Shown here: positions 1-13,631 of the stretch, one piece after another | Position numbering within the stretch: the first letter of the stretch is position 1 | Layout: each line of letters opens with the position of its first letter | Origin: Octopus sinensis | Lineage: Eukaryota | Assembly: GCF_006345805.1 (NCBI RefSeq) | Contig: NC_042997.1 | Span: forward strand, 105,958,001 to 106,022,000 | Direction: 5' to 3' | Length of the DNA stretch: 64,000 bases | Notes under the pieces: generated by a model | What the model was told of the DNA's origin: nothing | Database searches by the model: none | Seen by the model: the letters and a program-made list of their open reading frames with translations, nothing else | Program-made: the position numbers and the translations under genes

Positions 1-120
1 ACCGGCTGATTGTCCTGATCACTTCAATTGGTACACTTCATCGGTATTATCAGTCAAATTTCTCTGACCTGCATCCGCCATTTTCTATCATCCTGTCTTC
101 TACGGCCATGTATGCACAGA

Positions 121-343
121 CACACAGACACACACACACACATACACACACACACACACATACACACACATACACACACACTCACACACACACACTCGCA
201 CACACACGTACACACACATACACACGCATACACACATACATACATATATGTATGCCTAAATACGTATATGTATGTGTATGAAGTAGATTACTCATTCTTT
301 ACTGAGTCATCAACGTGTTTGTGTGCATACATTATGTATATAT

Positions 344-405
<62 letters not shown>

Positions 406-425
406 CATACATGCATGCATACACA
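121..425. repeat. Compound (CA)n / (TA)n microsatellite
   Basis: CA tract 121-240 and TA tract about 338-400; these explain the HTHT/IYIY ORFs. Confidence 0.95.
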
Positions 426-1278
426 CATACATACGCACAGACATAGAAATATATCTACAATGGGAAAAATCAAATACAAATGATGGCATGAAAATATCAA
501 AGTATATTCACGGTGTTGACACCATATGGCACCACCGCTTGCTTATTCAATATCAAGACACGGAAAATATGTTTATTAGAGATTGATGCAGCACATGTAC
601 ATAATTCAGCCATAGCGACTAAAACTCAGAAAAGTACTGTTTACACTAATCTAAGAAATACTGGTCCACTAGTGTGCCGCAAACTCTGTACCTATCGTTT
701 GCTGGTTTACTACTACTGTTTGCCTTTAAAAAGAAAAAAATGGAAATAGAAAAGAAAGAAAAATTAGAGAAGAAACGCTGATGGAGAAGAAGAAGGGTAT
801 GAAGTTTTGTAAAGGGTTAAATTCCTTATTTAAATTAACTGAATGGAAATGCACGTTTTCTGTTGACTGTGAAGGGAAATTTTTGCTGTTTAAAGCAGTG
901 TGGTAACTAATATCAAAGGTTAAATTGTTCAGGAATTTCCAAAAGTGCAGAAAATTCGAAGGCTTATAGTTAAATTTAAACTGGTAAAACGTTTTGAAGT
1001 GTTTGACAGTAAAAGCTTAAGTATATTTGTGGATTATAAAAATTTGCTTAAATTAATGAAACTGTGGTGCAAAATGGAATAGTGTAGTGTACCTTGAAAA
1101 TATTTAAAAGTTTGTTAAATTGACCGTGAGTAACTTTGGGATAAGTACAAATTACAAAAATTAAATCTTAGAAAATGGTATTCTATAAACTAGACGGGTT
1201 AGCCGCGAGAATAATATTATTAATTTAGTTTATATATAGTATATTGAAATATATATAGTTAGTTAAGTAACTAATAGT

Positions 1279-1590
1279 GGATGCGCAATGGCCCAGTAGT
1301 TAGGGCAGCGGAATGCCGGTCGGAGGATCGCGGTTTCGATTCCCAGACTGGGCGTTGTGTGTGTTTATTGAGCGAAGACACCGACAGCTCCACGTGGCTC
1401 CGGCGGGGAGTGGTGGCGACCCCTGTTGTACTCTTTCGCCCCAACTTTTTCTCACTCTTTCTTCCTGTTTCTTGAATAACGCTGCGATGGACTGGCGTCC
1501 CGTCCAGCCGGGCGGAGGGGACACATACGCCACAGAAACCGAGCCTATGAGCCTGGCTAGGCTTGAAAAGGGGCGCATAAATAAAATAAC
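1279..1590 (+). mobile_element. tRNA-derived SINE (family D), apparently full length
   Basis: A-box-like TGGCCCAGTAGTTAG and B-box-like GGTTTCGATTCC, a GCGATGGACTGGCGTCCCGTCCAG segment, and an A-rich tail. The 5' half recurs at 57241-57425. Confidence 0.8.
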
Positions 1591-2946
1591 AAATGAAGCA
1601 AAGTAGCTAATGATTTTCTTCAGATTTAAGATATTAATACATGCATGCATATATGTACGTATGTATAGATAGGTAGGTAGATAGAAGTAAATAAATGAAG
1701 AGTTTTCAGAAAATAGGTAAAGGAAATAATACTATGAAATACCGTAGAATTGAATAAACAAATATTTTCACAATTAATATCCGAGAAATGATTACAAACA
1801 AAAATAAATTATCTTCTAAAGTGCTCCCGTGAAAACGAAAATTACTAACGCATGCTAATTGCAAATATAAAGAAAAATATACATTAGAGTGGGGAAAGGA
1901 AAAACACAGAAAACGAGAAAAAATGGTTAAGGAAACAAAAGATGTATACATGAATGCAGCTGTTTCACTTTTAATTTTTACTTGGTATATCCCAAAGGCA
2001 ACTAGTAATGCTGGGTCATAACCTTACTATGCCTACTCTTTCTAGAGCCCTCTTTCTGTATTCGATTTGTGAATGAGAGAGTTTTGATGCAACTGCCCTT
2101 ATTTGCGTTTCTGGCCGTAAAGCTAGTCTGTCTGGGTCTCAGATAGCAGACTATCCAGCTGCTTGTTGGAAACATTTACACCCACTTCGCGAAGTGCCAG
2201 GTTTCTTTGTAAGATATTAAAAACCTTGCAGGTCTTCAAACCTAAAGTTGCTGCAGTATCAGATCATAACTTTTGATGAGAAAAGTGGGACCTCCTACAC
2301 TATTTTTTTTACCATTTACTCGAATATGGACCGAATATTGGCAGAGTCATTAGAGCATCGGACAAAATAATTTGCGGTATTATTCCGATTGCTGAAGTTC
2401 TGGTCTCAAATCCCACCGAGCCTTGCCTTCAATTCTGCTGAGGTCGATGAATAAAGTACTAGTCTAGAGGCAGTGAAATAGTAGAATAGATCCGTCTGTA
2501 ACTTTAGCCCTACTATACGGTCCTCAGCTATCTAATGTGGAGTCCTCTCTGTTGCAAGCATTTGCAATAGTGTCTGGTTTGGAGATATCTTTCACAATAC
2601 TTGTTACCAGTTTCGGATGGCGTGTAATGGGTTATGGGCCTTATATTCGCTATGATTAAGTAATAGATATTGGTTTATTTCTTCTAGAACAAAAACTCCA
2701 TGCTTTCCATTTTTTCTAGGACGTTGCGTTGCAAACTTTAAGCAACGACTACAGTGGCTAAAAAGCTCGCTTTACAACCACGGGATTTCCGCTTCAATGT
2801 GAAAGCGCCGCACTTCAGGCAAATATCTTCTACAATAGTTTTCGGCCAACAAATACATGTGAGTGAATTTTGTAGTTAGGAACTGTGTGATGTCCGACGT
2901 ATGTATGTAAGTATGCATGCATGGAGGCAGACATGTATGCATGCAT

Positions 2947-3047
2947 GTAGGTAAGTAGGTAGGTGGGTAGGTAGGTAGGTAGGTAGGTAGGTAGGTAGGT
3001 AGGTAGGTAGGTAGGTAGGTAGGTAGGTAGGTAGGTAGGTAGGTAGG
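2947..3047. repeat. (GGTA)n microsatellite inside a decayed family-B SINE (about 2750-3210)
   Basis: Repeat is directly visible; flanks match family-B head and tail segments. Confidence 0.85.
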
Positions 3048-3246
3048 TTGGAATATTTATGTGAGTGTGTATATTTATGATTTTCCACCTGAAGCGCTCA
3101 ACAACCAGTGCTGGTTTGTTTACATCCCTGTAACTTAAAAGTTGGGTAAATGAGGCCATTAGGATAAGTGGCGACAGTCCAATGATTGAAACAAATGAAA
3201 GATAAAGAATAAGAGCATACGTGAAACTAAAACGATAGACACTGCG

Positions 3247-3790
3247 AATCGAAAACGCATAGTAAGCTTCAATTCGTTGGCAGTACAGGAGGCGGTCGAA
3301 AAAGCCAGCTTCTATATATGGCTGAAACGGGAAGACCAAAAATGGCTTGAAAGTCATAACATGCCGGCAGGAAAATAACATCACTAGGTGAGACAAGATG
3401 ACACTGAATTAGCTTTGCTGATTAACAAGTGACGGTCTCGTTTAGAGAATGCGAGGGCTAGGACTAGGCGTCTTCATTGGTCAGTTAAAGTTGAGACAGT
3501 GTCACGTGACAACTTGCTGGGGCTGCCTGCTGGAGCCTAGCAGCAGGTATTTAAAGGGAAATTTGACAAGACAGTCAGTCACCCGCTGACACTTGTTGAC
3601 GCTACATCGAAGAGGCCAGGGAAAAGAAGAAAGAAGAAAGAAGACATGCACCCAACACCAGAGCTGAAGACACCTCCGAAAGGATGGGACTGCCACGTCA
3701 AAACGGTAGAGGAGTAGGGGCCGAAACTGAACATGGTTCCTCCTGATGATGTCTAGAGCTAACTGGATCCTATAAAGGAGCTGTTGTGGT
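3247..3790 (+). mobile_element. 3' remnant of an RLE-type (HERO-like) non-LTR retrotransposon
   Basis: 3247-3378 translates NRKRIVSFNSLAVQEAVEKASFYIWLKREDQKWLESHNMPAGK*, resembling the recalled 'EAxEKASxWxWLKR-D-xW' C-terminus of HERO-clade ORFs. The putative 3' UTR has a CGAAAC...CTGATGA motif. Confidence 0.6.
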
Positions 3791-4491
3791 AATAGACCAC
3801 AAAACACGATTGAAATTCCTTCCTAGCTCTTCTGTTATACTTAAAAACAAACACCACACACTGTACTTGCTCTTCATCATTTCAGCGCTGAGTAGTTTGT
3901 ACGAAGAATTCAGCTCTTCTACACTAATGTTAAATAGATGAAGGAAAACAACGAGATTGCAGTAAGACGTGAAAGAAATAACATTATACGCTAGATAGAT
4001 CAGAGGGATTCGGGATATCTAAACACTTGCAAGTCATTACAGTTGCTGTAACTAAAACAGAAGAGGTGATAATCATCTTAACAATATTTGTCACTGAACT
4101 GCACCGACGCTGCCATGGAACAATTTACAAGTCACACTTTTCGCACACCTGATATTGCCAATTCTTTCATTCTTTTCTGCTCATATGAATCACTTAGATT
4201 TCTTACCGACTGGTGATCTTTCTCCTTCTCTCTCGCTCTCTTTCACACTCACTCCCTCTCTCCCTTCCTCTCTTCTTTTTCTTTCTCTCTCTGTTTTTCT
4301 CTTTATCTATTTATATAACACACACACTCTCCCTCTCTCCCGCACACATTTTGCCTATCTTTCTCTCTTTCCCCTCTCTCTCTATCTAGCTATTTCTCAG
4401 TCGATCTATATATCTATTCCTCTTGCACTGACTCTCTAGTATCATTCTAGTATTCCACGAGTGCGTGAGTGTGCGCCTGGAGATATATATA

Positions 4492-4548
<57 letters not shown>

Positions 4549-4850
4549 TATACATACACACACCGTACCGGTGTTATAATAAAATTGACATTGCAACGGT
4601 GACTAATTGGTGCAGTTAAAACCTGTTTAGGTCTATGTAAAGCTGTATATATAAAAAGAATTAAAAGTAATGCTATGCACTTGCGTAATCATCTTTATCA
4701 TTATTGTTGATAATATATATATATATATAATATTATAATATATATACATATATAAATTATATAAGTAAGGATAAGATCGATATTTAAATACGATCTTATC
4801 AGGTGGCCAGCATGGGAAAAAAAAACTTTTCAAAGGTAATAATTATTTAA

Positions 4851-5173
4851 AATTATAATTTAGGGCATCTAAGAGGCACCTCCACGCCGGAAATATCAGT
4901 CAAAACTTGACTCTAAAACCACATTAAATGTTCATACAGCACCAGGAGAGACGACAAAGAAACAAAATAAACTAACAAAAAAATTACTGGATAATACTTA
5001 TGCAAAGCCAGAAATCCGGGATCTGGAATTATCCAGTAATTTTTTTGGCTAGTTTATTTTGTCACTTTGTCTTCTCTCTTGGTGCTGTATGAACATTTAA
5101 TGTGGTTTTAGAGTAAAGTTTTGACTGGTATTTCCAGCGTGGAGGTATCTCTTAGATACCCTAAAGTATAATT
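4851..5173. repeat. Fold-back inverted repeat: two arms of about 145 bp, 32-nt spacer
   Basis: 4851-4995 is the reverse complement of 5028-5173 with about 13 differences counted by eye. Confidence 0.92.
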
Positions 5174-5207
5174 TTCTATATTGTCTATCAAGACAGACGG
5201 GGAATAA

Positions 5208-5244
<37 letters not shown>

Positions 5245-5311
5245 CACGCACTCATGCATACGTACATACGTATATATGGCTTTACACACTCAAACATCCA
5301 AATTAATTTAC

Positions 5312-5411
5312 NNNNNNNNNNNNNNNNNNNNNNNNNNNNNNNNNNNNNNNNNNNNNNNNNNNNNNNNNNNNNNNNNNNNNNNNNNNNNNNNNNNNNNNNN
5401 NNNNNNNNNNN
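5312..5411. other. Assembly gap (100 N)
   Basis: Run of exactly 100 N, a typical unsized scaffold gap. Confidence 0.99.
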
Positions 5412-5412
5412 A

Positions 5413-5708
5413 TTGCAGCCGTGCTAGAGCACTGCCCCGAAGAATCTCTGTCAAACTAATCGAAGTTAGTGCTTTGTTTTTTACTTATTCTGTCGGGCTC
5501 TTTTGCCGAACTGCTAGATAGCAGTAAGATAAACACACCAACACCGGTTGTCAATGGATAGATAGATAGATACATACATACATCATACATACATACATAC
5601 ATACATACATTCATACATACATACATACATACATACATACATACATACATACATGCATGCATACATACATACATACATACATACATACATACATACATAC
5701 ATACATAC

Positions 5709-5739
<31 letters not shown>

Positions 5740-5912
5740 CATACATACATACATACATACATACATACATACATGCATACATACATAGATGCATACATAG
5801 CAAATCCACTCACAAGGCTAAGGTTATATAGTAGAGACACTTACTCAATGGGACTGGACCTGGTATTATGTGGTTAGGAAGCAAACTTCTTAACGCACAC
5901 AGTCACGCCAGC
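5413..5912 (-). mobile_element. Decayed family-B SINE with expanded internal (ATAC)n
   Basis: Reverse-complement similarity to 12387-12790 on both sides of the ATAC tract at 5570-5790. Confidence 0.7.
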
Positions 5913-7473
5913 TTATAAGCATTGTTGCATTTTCGTTTCGTGCAAAATAGCGAAGTGCTCAATACCTGATCCAATGCAGGATATTCAGGAGCCTTGGCAA
6001 ATGCCGAGATGTGCGTGTCTTGCGCGTGCTATTTTCCTACTTTGTGCACCCTTTTCTCCCAAACCTACAAATAACAGTACCCTTTAGCAATTTTTTTCCA
6101 ACCATCTGCATTATACCAGTTGATAAATGCAGTTTTACGATTCATATCACTGAAATGTTTCACGCCAAATGATTCGATAAGTCATAACACCACGCAACCG
6201 TCTCAACATCCCAACTCTTTCTATTCTTTTCTGCTTTATTTCGGTTAAGGAATTCTGTTTAAATTATTTAGAATTTGTGGAGGATACTCCCTACATATTG
6301 GTGGCCTGGACGATCGCCTAGTTTGCACAGTGTACGGGGCCGGTTCTGCTCACTATGTTCTCGATCAGTGTCTTGTGGAATGTAGTATAGTGCCCTTATA
6401 GATAGTTTCGTCATATGGTTTCGCTAATATGCAGAGATTTAAGCCCATCGACCTTTCACAGACACTGTTCAATAACCAGAACATATTCCGCTGAAGATTA
6501 TATGTCTGACGAAGTAAAAATGATGTGGGACATCATCATCAACAAAAACAACAACGCTGCAGTAAATTATACCCTTATTATAACTGTAATACTTATGGTG
6601 ATTTGTGTTTTACTGAGATTGAAGATTTCGTGTAGCAATTCAAGTGGGGCATAGTATATACCTAATTAGTTAATCGTTATGCCCCGTTTCCCTCCCTATA
6701 CTCTACTATGTAATATCTACATGTTAAAGCCTGCAACTTTATGTTACCTCAATTACCTATTACGCTGAGCTATTTCCACACTGCTGTACAAACTTGGAGC
6801 CTCATATAACAAGTCGTTGGTAAATGCCGGAATATAAACCTCTAATGCACCGTCCCACCAGTCACCATACTCTTTCGATTTATCACAATATTTTTTTATT
6901 TATATATTTTTTCAAGTTAATCAAGGAAGGAAGGGACGGTGTCCCTGACCTTTTCGACCTCTTCCATCCTCGTGATATTGATACAGCTGATCCCAAAGCC
7001 GAACATCTGCAGATCAATATTTGCAGTAAAAACGTTGGCAAGTAGGGAACTAGTGGTCTGGTCAGAATACTTGCAAGAGAGTGAACTCTGCTAAAAGGCA
7101 TCTAAGAGCCAGGTGTTGGTGTTTAACCAGGCTAGTTTAACATCTTAGGCCTATCACCCGGATATGATAACATATAATTATTTTTAACATTCGTTATCGT
7201 CTTATATATTTATCAAAACAATTATAAAGGATTGTGAGAGGTTTTTGGATAGTTTTAATCAATTTCTTTTTCTTTTACTCAAAAGAATTATTGATGGAAG
7301 TGAAAAGCGAAAGGTAGTAATACTAAATAAATTAAAATGGAAATTATTTGTCAAGTTAGTTAATAGTGTGCGAGCTAATATTTAATATATTTTTCTCCAT
7401 ACGATTAGTCCATTTATTCAAAGGAAATAGTGTGAAACAGGTATTGACGTTCATACCTTCCCTACTGGTATTC

Positions 7474-7672
7474 CTTTCTACTCTAGTCATAAGGCCCGTA
7501 ATTTTGGGGGAGAGAGCAGTCGATTAGGTCGACTCCAGTACACAACTAGTACTTAATTCATCGACCACGAAAGGATGAAAGGCAAAGTCGACCTCGGCGG
7601 AATTTGTACTCAGAACGTAAATACTGCTAAGCATTATCGCCTGGCGTGCTAACGTTTCTGCCAGTTCGCCGC
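7474..7672 (-). mobile_element. Family-A SINE (monomer form)
   Basis: Contains GGATGAAAGGCAAAGTCGACCTCGGCGGAATTTG, the reverse complement of the family-A core at 23924-24155. Confidence 0.88.
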
Positions 7673-9363
7673 AACCTTCCCTACTTGTGTTACCCATACA
7701 AATGAAAACTTAGTAGAATCGGACAAAAGATTAATGGTGGTTATATTATTTGAAGTGATTAGTTGAAATTATCAAAAATTTCAAGATATTCTTGATTAAA
7801 TGACTTGCAGTCTTCTATTTCCAAGAGTTTAATTTATGGTTCGCATAAATGATAGATAATAGATGTATTTTCGTAGAGAGGGAACAAGAGAGTGATCTTC
7901 GTGCCTTTCCCGACGAAAATAGTTAGGCGAAGTAGAAGTACCCTTGACAAAACGCATCTTAGACATTTAGTACAGGATAGCGCCATTCCAACATAATATA
8001 CTAGATTTGCAAGCGTATAAGACGCTCTCTCTCAAAAGAGGCATCCCTATTTTATAAGTATATTTTGTCGGGGGAAAATAAGAAATTTAATGTTTCAGCA
8101 TACATTTCTTGAAATATATTTTAAAGTGATTTTGTACGAGAAAATCATGATTTTGTGCAAGTAAATAAAATGCTGTGATAGTATACTTGAATAAAATATG
8201 AAATCATAAATTTACCATACATGAATTACCTTATACAGTAGATCAATTGTATAAGTTGTTTGCATTTGAATGTGAAACTCGTATTTTGGGCTATGATTAA
8301 ATTTTTTTTTTCTGTTATTGCGATCGGTGTTGCAGCACCGTTTATGGTTTTGTTGTCATTCGCTCATTGCAAATAGCTGACAAGCGGATGAAAGTTCAGC
8401 ATTCCTTTCAGCTTTCTAGGGGAATTTTCATTTAGTTAATCAAAAACTGTATCTTAAAGGTAAAATGCCATTAAATAGTGTAAGGCGCATATCAGGTGTG
8501 AGTTATATATGCTAAAGAAGGAGATATATTCAGATGATGTGACCTTTCCACTTAACCGCCGACGTACTGTAAGTAAGGATTCATAGATTGTGCAGACAAT
8601 CTGGAATAATTTGGCTTGTTTTGAATATTTTATTGGTAGTAACAATTACTGCGCCTAGCAGACTTATGTTTATCCGGTTCCCTTGCCTATAACATTCGGT
8701 CGCTCGTCTGCAATACTGCTGCATGAGATGAAGGGTAAAACAACAACAACAAAAAAAAAGGAGCGTGTTTTACATGCCAGCAAACACGATGTCAGTTCCT
8801 AGCATAAGCAAATAGTCATAAATTCAATGGAAGAGGTTAGACAATTATTTTGACGCCAGTACTTCATTGGCATTACAGTTTATCCACCTTGGTATAATGA
8901 CAGACAAATTTCAACCCGAGAGGATTTGAACCCATAAGGTAAAGAGCCGAAAAGCTACCGCAATGGATTTTGTCTAATGTTCTAACGATTCCATCACCCC
9001 TTCGTATTTTTATGATGTAACGTGATACAATATACTATATAACATATAATATAATTTAAACATAACACACTATAATAAAATAGAATATAGTATAACACTT
9101 TATAATATAATATATGATAAATTTGATGTCAAAATCTTTTAGAAGAGTAAAGAGTTAAACTAAATTTCAATGACTGATAGCAAGTCATGACTTTATAGTT
9201 GAGGGATTTAGCCTCAGATGGTACTACTAATAGTGCCATCTTTAGAGACAGACACACTGAACAGTTTACCGGGTTCCCCAGGAGGTCTGAGATAGATCCA
9301 ATGTTAATCTATGTATGTTATGGTTTTGTATGTGGGGGCCCCAGTGCACTGCTATACTAGAGT

Positions 9364-9690
9364 AAAGATCCTCTTCGGTCATGGTTGGCTATGGGATTGC
9401 ACCTAGAAAGTTACCCTCCTAGGCACAAGTCCGGGCAAGGTTGTCTTATGGAAGACCAGCGGTCGCCCATGCATACCAGCCACCCCTCTCCACGTCACCA
9501 ATGATATCCAAGGGAAAGGCAAAGGCCGATACAGCTTGACACCAGTGACGTCGCAACTCATTTCTACGGCCTGTGTGAACCAGGGCAACATGGAATAAAG
9601 TCTTGCTCAAGAATGCAACACGCAGCTCGGTCTGGAAATCAAGCTCACTACCTCATGATTGTTAGCCCGACGATCTAGCCACTTAGCCAT
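9364..9690 (-). mobile_element. Family-C SINE (tRNA head, TTGAGCAAGAC core, distinct 3' tail)
   Basis: Reverse complement aligns along its length with 35528-35840. Confidence 0.82.
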
Positions 9691-9939
9691 CTGTAATGTT
9701 GTTAAAATTGCCCTTAGGGTATGAAAGTGAAAGTAAAGTCTGACAGATTTTGAACTCAAACTCTGTCAGATGGTACTAAAAACACGAGGGTATTTATCTA
9801 GTCGTAGGCGGACTACATAAACAGAATACCAGTCATCTCACTGCCTGTATAATACATACTGCAAAATGTCAAATTGGAGACCTGTACACGCTCGTTTGAA
9901 CGAGTGGAAGTTGTGGTCATCATACATTACCATATACAT

Positions 9940-10146
9940 TCCAAATTTTGACACAGAATTAGTAATTTCGATGGAAGGTTTAAGCCGATTACTTCGAAGC
10001 CAGGGTTGAACTGATACTTATTTTACCGACTCCGAATGGATGAAAAGAAAAGTCGACCCCAGTTGCATTAGAACTCAGAACGCAAAGACGAACAGCATAT
10101 CGCTTAGCATTTTATCCGACGCGGTAATGATTCTACCACCTAACCG
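9940..10146 (-). mobile_element. Decayed family-A SINE
   Basis: GGATGAAAAGAAAAGTCGACC...GAACTCAGAACG motif. Confidence 0.7.
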
Positions 10147-11042
10147 CATTATCATACACTACCATATAAAAACAAGACATTGAATAAATATTTATATAAA
10201 TAAAAGACGTGATGGTCACGGATGGAAAACCTTCGATCATAGATAGGTTTGATCCAGTGGGATAACATAAAGCTAAACATCATAATAACAAATAACCTTA
10301 TATACTAAAATAGAACTAACAACAAGCTAATACAACTGGAGAGTATTTATACCATTTGTTATATCAACTCGGAATAATACAATAATATATACGATTTAAT
10401 ATAATATAACCATATTAAATACCTTTATATAATATATTATATAAAGTACACAGTATTAAATCACTAAATACTGCATCAATTGTATAATAGGCAGCGAAGA
10501 AATGTTATTAAGCGTCAACTGGCTGTCGAAGAGGAAGGGGGACATAAATTATAATTATCAAGAGTTCACTCCCTTATCATTTCTATCTCGCTAACTGTAA
10601 ATAACTCAGCATAATAAAATCTCTTGATCTAGAAAAGTGGGTAAATTAAATAAAGAGATAGTGAAGTTCCGTACTGCAGACGTGATTAATATATAAGCTA
10701 GAAGCACATATTATGCACAATGTATGTAGTTGACACATATGCAGTTTAGCGCGCCTATGAGAGGAAAGTATCGTTACATTATTAAAAATTTAGATGCGAT
10801 GGTTCGGTTTATAGTTTTGCTATCGTTGTTAATCGCTGTCGTCGTCGTCGTCGTTGTTGTTGTTGTTGTTGGTGGTGGTGGTAATGATGATGATGATGAT
10901 GATGATAATGACGATGTTGTTGTTGTTGTTGTTTGTGTAGTCGAAGTCGGACTAGTTCGAATAGGATTAGTCACGTATTCCGGGTATGCTTGTGATACAC
11001 CCAAAACAATGGCTAGAACAGCACTGCACACATTGATACGTA

Positions 11043-11120
<78 letters not shown>

Positions 11121-11564
11121 TTCACAGCTTTTAAAACACAAGCAGCTTTTAGGAAGTTTGATATATAATATACATACATACATACATACATACTCTCATA
11201 CATACAGACAGACAGTCAAACAGACACATACATAGATACACACATACATACATACATACATACATACATACATACATACATCTTCGGAGATGTCTTATAT
11301 AGAAACATTTTTGGAACGATAAACCTTGAAGTAGACAAAGCTATAAGCAACAGCATGTAAATGTGTGTATGTATATATGTATATGTGTATGTATGCGTGT
11401 TTTTATGTCTGTGTTTGTGCCCCACCACCGCTTGACACCGGTAGTGGTGTGTTTACATTCCCGTTTCTAGCGGTTCGGCATAAGAGAGCGATGGAAAAAG
11501 CACCAGGTTTATAAAACAAGTAGACACTATGGTCTATCCATATACGATCATATTTCTTTGGAGC

Positions 11565-11768
11565 GCAGCCCCAGCATGGCCGCAGCCCCAACATGGATGC
11601 ATCCTCAGCATAGCCGCAGCTTTAGCATGGCCGCAGCCGCAGCCGAACCGCAGCCCCGGCAAGGCCGCAGCCTCAACATGGCCACAGCCTCAGCATAGCC
11701 GCAGCTTCAGCATGACCGAAGTCCCAGCATGGCCGCAGCCCCAGCGTGGCCGCAGCCCCAGCATGGCA
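11565..11768 (+). repeat. GC-rich minisatellite, 12 x 17 bp (consensus GCAGCCCCAGCATGGCC)
   Basis: Twelve contiguous in-phase 17-nt units counted by eye, with no spacers. Confidence 0.92.
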
Positions 11769-12386
11769 TTATAGGCGCAGACGTGGTTGTGTGGTAAGAA
11801 GTTTGTTTCCCGGCCATTTTGCTTCAGGTTCAATCCACTGTGTGTCACCTAGGATAGGAGCCTCCTACTATTGGCCGCAGAGACTAAATCCTTGTGAATA
11901 GATCTGGTGAACGGAAACTGAAAGTCGTTGTACGTGTGTGTGTGTGTGGTGGTGTGTGTGTGTGTGTGTGTGTGTGTGAGTGTGTGCGTGCGCGCGCGCT
12001 CGCGCGTGTGTGTGTGCGTGCACGTGAGTGCGAGTGTGTATTTTTGTTTGTGTCTGAATAGATCTCTGATATTACTCTGCTTGTCATGATGTGCCTTTTA
12101 GTGTTATGCTTTTAACAACCTTAACTATAGAACTAATCATTACTAATCGAGGTTCTATTTTTTTTTTCCCGAAACTTCGAATTTCCTTAATTCACTCAAG
12201 TCAGGACTTCCGTAGCTGTGGACTTGGAAAGATTTAAGAGGAGAGTTATTGGTATCAATCAGCCCTGCCCAGGCGCGCCTACGAAGGCCATAGGCATTGA
12301 AAGGCTTTCCGGCCTTGTTAAACAAAAACAAATAAACATTAAAAAAATCGAGTATAGGTACAGGCATGGCTGTGTTGTTAAGAAGT

Positions 12387-12790
12387 GCAGGAGTGGCTGT
12401 GTGGTAAGTAGCTTGCTTACCAACCACATGGTTCCGTGTCCAGTCCCACTGAGTGGCACTTTGGACAAGTGTCTTCTACTATAGCCTCGGGCCGACCAAA
12501 GCCTTGTGAGTGGATTTGGTAGACGGAAACTGAAAGAAACCCGTCATATATATGTATATGTATGTATATATGTGTGTGTGTTTGTGTGTCTGTGTTTGTC
12601 CCCCCAACATCGCTCGACAACCGATGCTGGTGTGTTTACGTCCCCGTAACTTAGTGGTTCGGCAAAAGAAACTGATAGAATAAGTACTAGGCTTACAAAG
12701 AATAAGTCCTGAGGTCGATTTACTCGACTAAATGCGGTGCTCCAGCATGGCCGCAGTCAAATGACTGAAACAAGTAAAAGAGTACAAGAG
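12387..12790 (+). mobile_element. Family-B SINE, full length, nested in an older family-B copy
   Basis: tRNA-like head (TGGCTGTGTGGTAAG), internal TA/TG microsatellite, and AAGAGTA tail repeats. Close to 53967-54370. Flanked by GTTAAGAAGT (12377) and GTTAAGATGT (12797). Confidence 0.9.
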
Positions 12791-13387
12791 TAAGTGGTTA
12801 AGATGTAAAGGAATTTGGTAGACGAAAACTGTGTTGAAGCACAGCGTGTGTGTGTGTGTGTTGTGTGTGTGTGTGTGTATGTGTGTAACACACACGCGCT
12901 CACAGGCACTTACACACACGGAACACACGCACACACATACATACACATACACTGCTTGAAAACCGGTGTTGGCATATTTAAGCCTGCGTCTCTTAGAGGT
13001 CCGGCACAGGATAGCTGATCGAATTAGTAACAGATTTTTGAAAAAATAAGTACTGGAATCGAATTCGTCCGCAAAAAAAAAAAATCCTTCAAAGCGATGT
13101 TCCATGATGGCTGCAGTCCAATAACCAAAACAAGTAATAGAGAAAAAAAGATAAAAGAAAATATATCCAACAATCAAAATATACAAAAAAAATCTGATGA
13201 CATTGTCAAGATGTTGAACGCGATGACACAATGTTATAAAAATCTATCATGGCGGCCAGCGGACAGAATCGTTAGCACACCGAACAAAATATCTACCGGC
13301 ATTTCGCATGTTTATACGTTCTATCTTCAAATTCTGCTGAGGTTGACTTTACCCCTTTCATCCTCCCGGGCGCATGGGTGGGGTCTA

Positions 13388-13631
<244 letters not shown>

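Noticed and set aside
28-500. [16 protein letters not shown]-type ORFs here and throughout the window
   Set aside because: They are translations of di- and tetranucleotide microsatellites, open in several frames, with no domain content.
800-1270. Possible mitochondrial insertion (AT-rich, G/T-skewed)
   Set aside because: I could not recognise any mitochondrial gene, rRNA or tRNA motif.
1279-1355. tRNA genes here and at 57241, 59831 and 60111
   Set aside because: The cloverleaves are incomplete and each continues into a repeat body, so they are SINE heads.
5276-5521. ORF spanning the N-run
   Set aside because: Artefact of the assembly gap.
11565-11768. CRISPR-like array or repetitive protein (AWPQPQ)
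   Set aside because: Contiguous 17-bp units with no spacers. The unit length is not a multiple of three, it derives from a SINE, and no cas genes are present.
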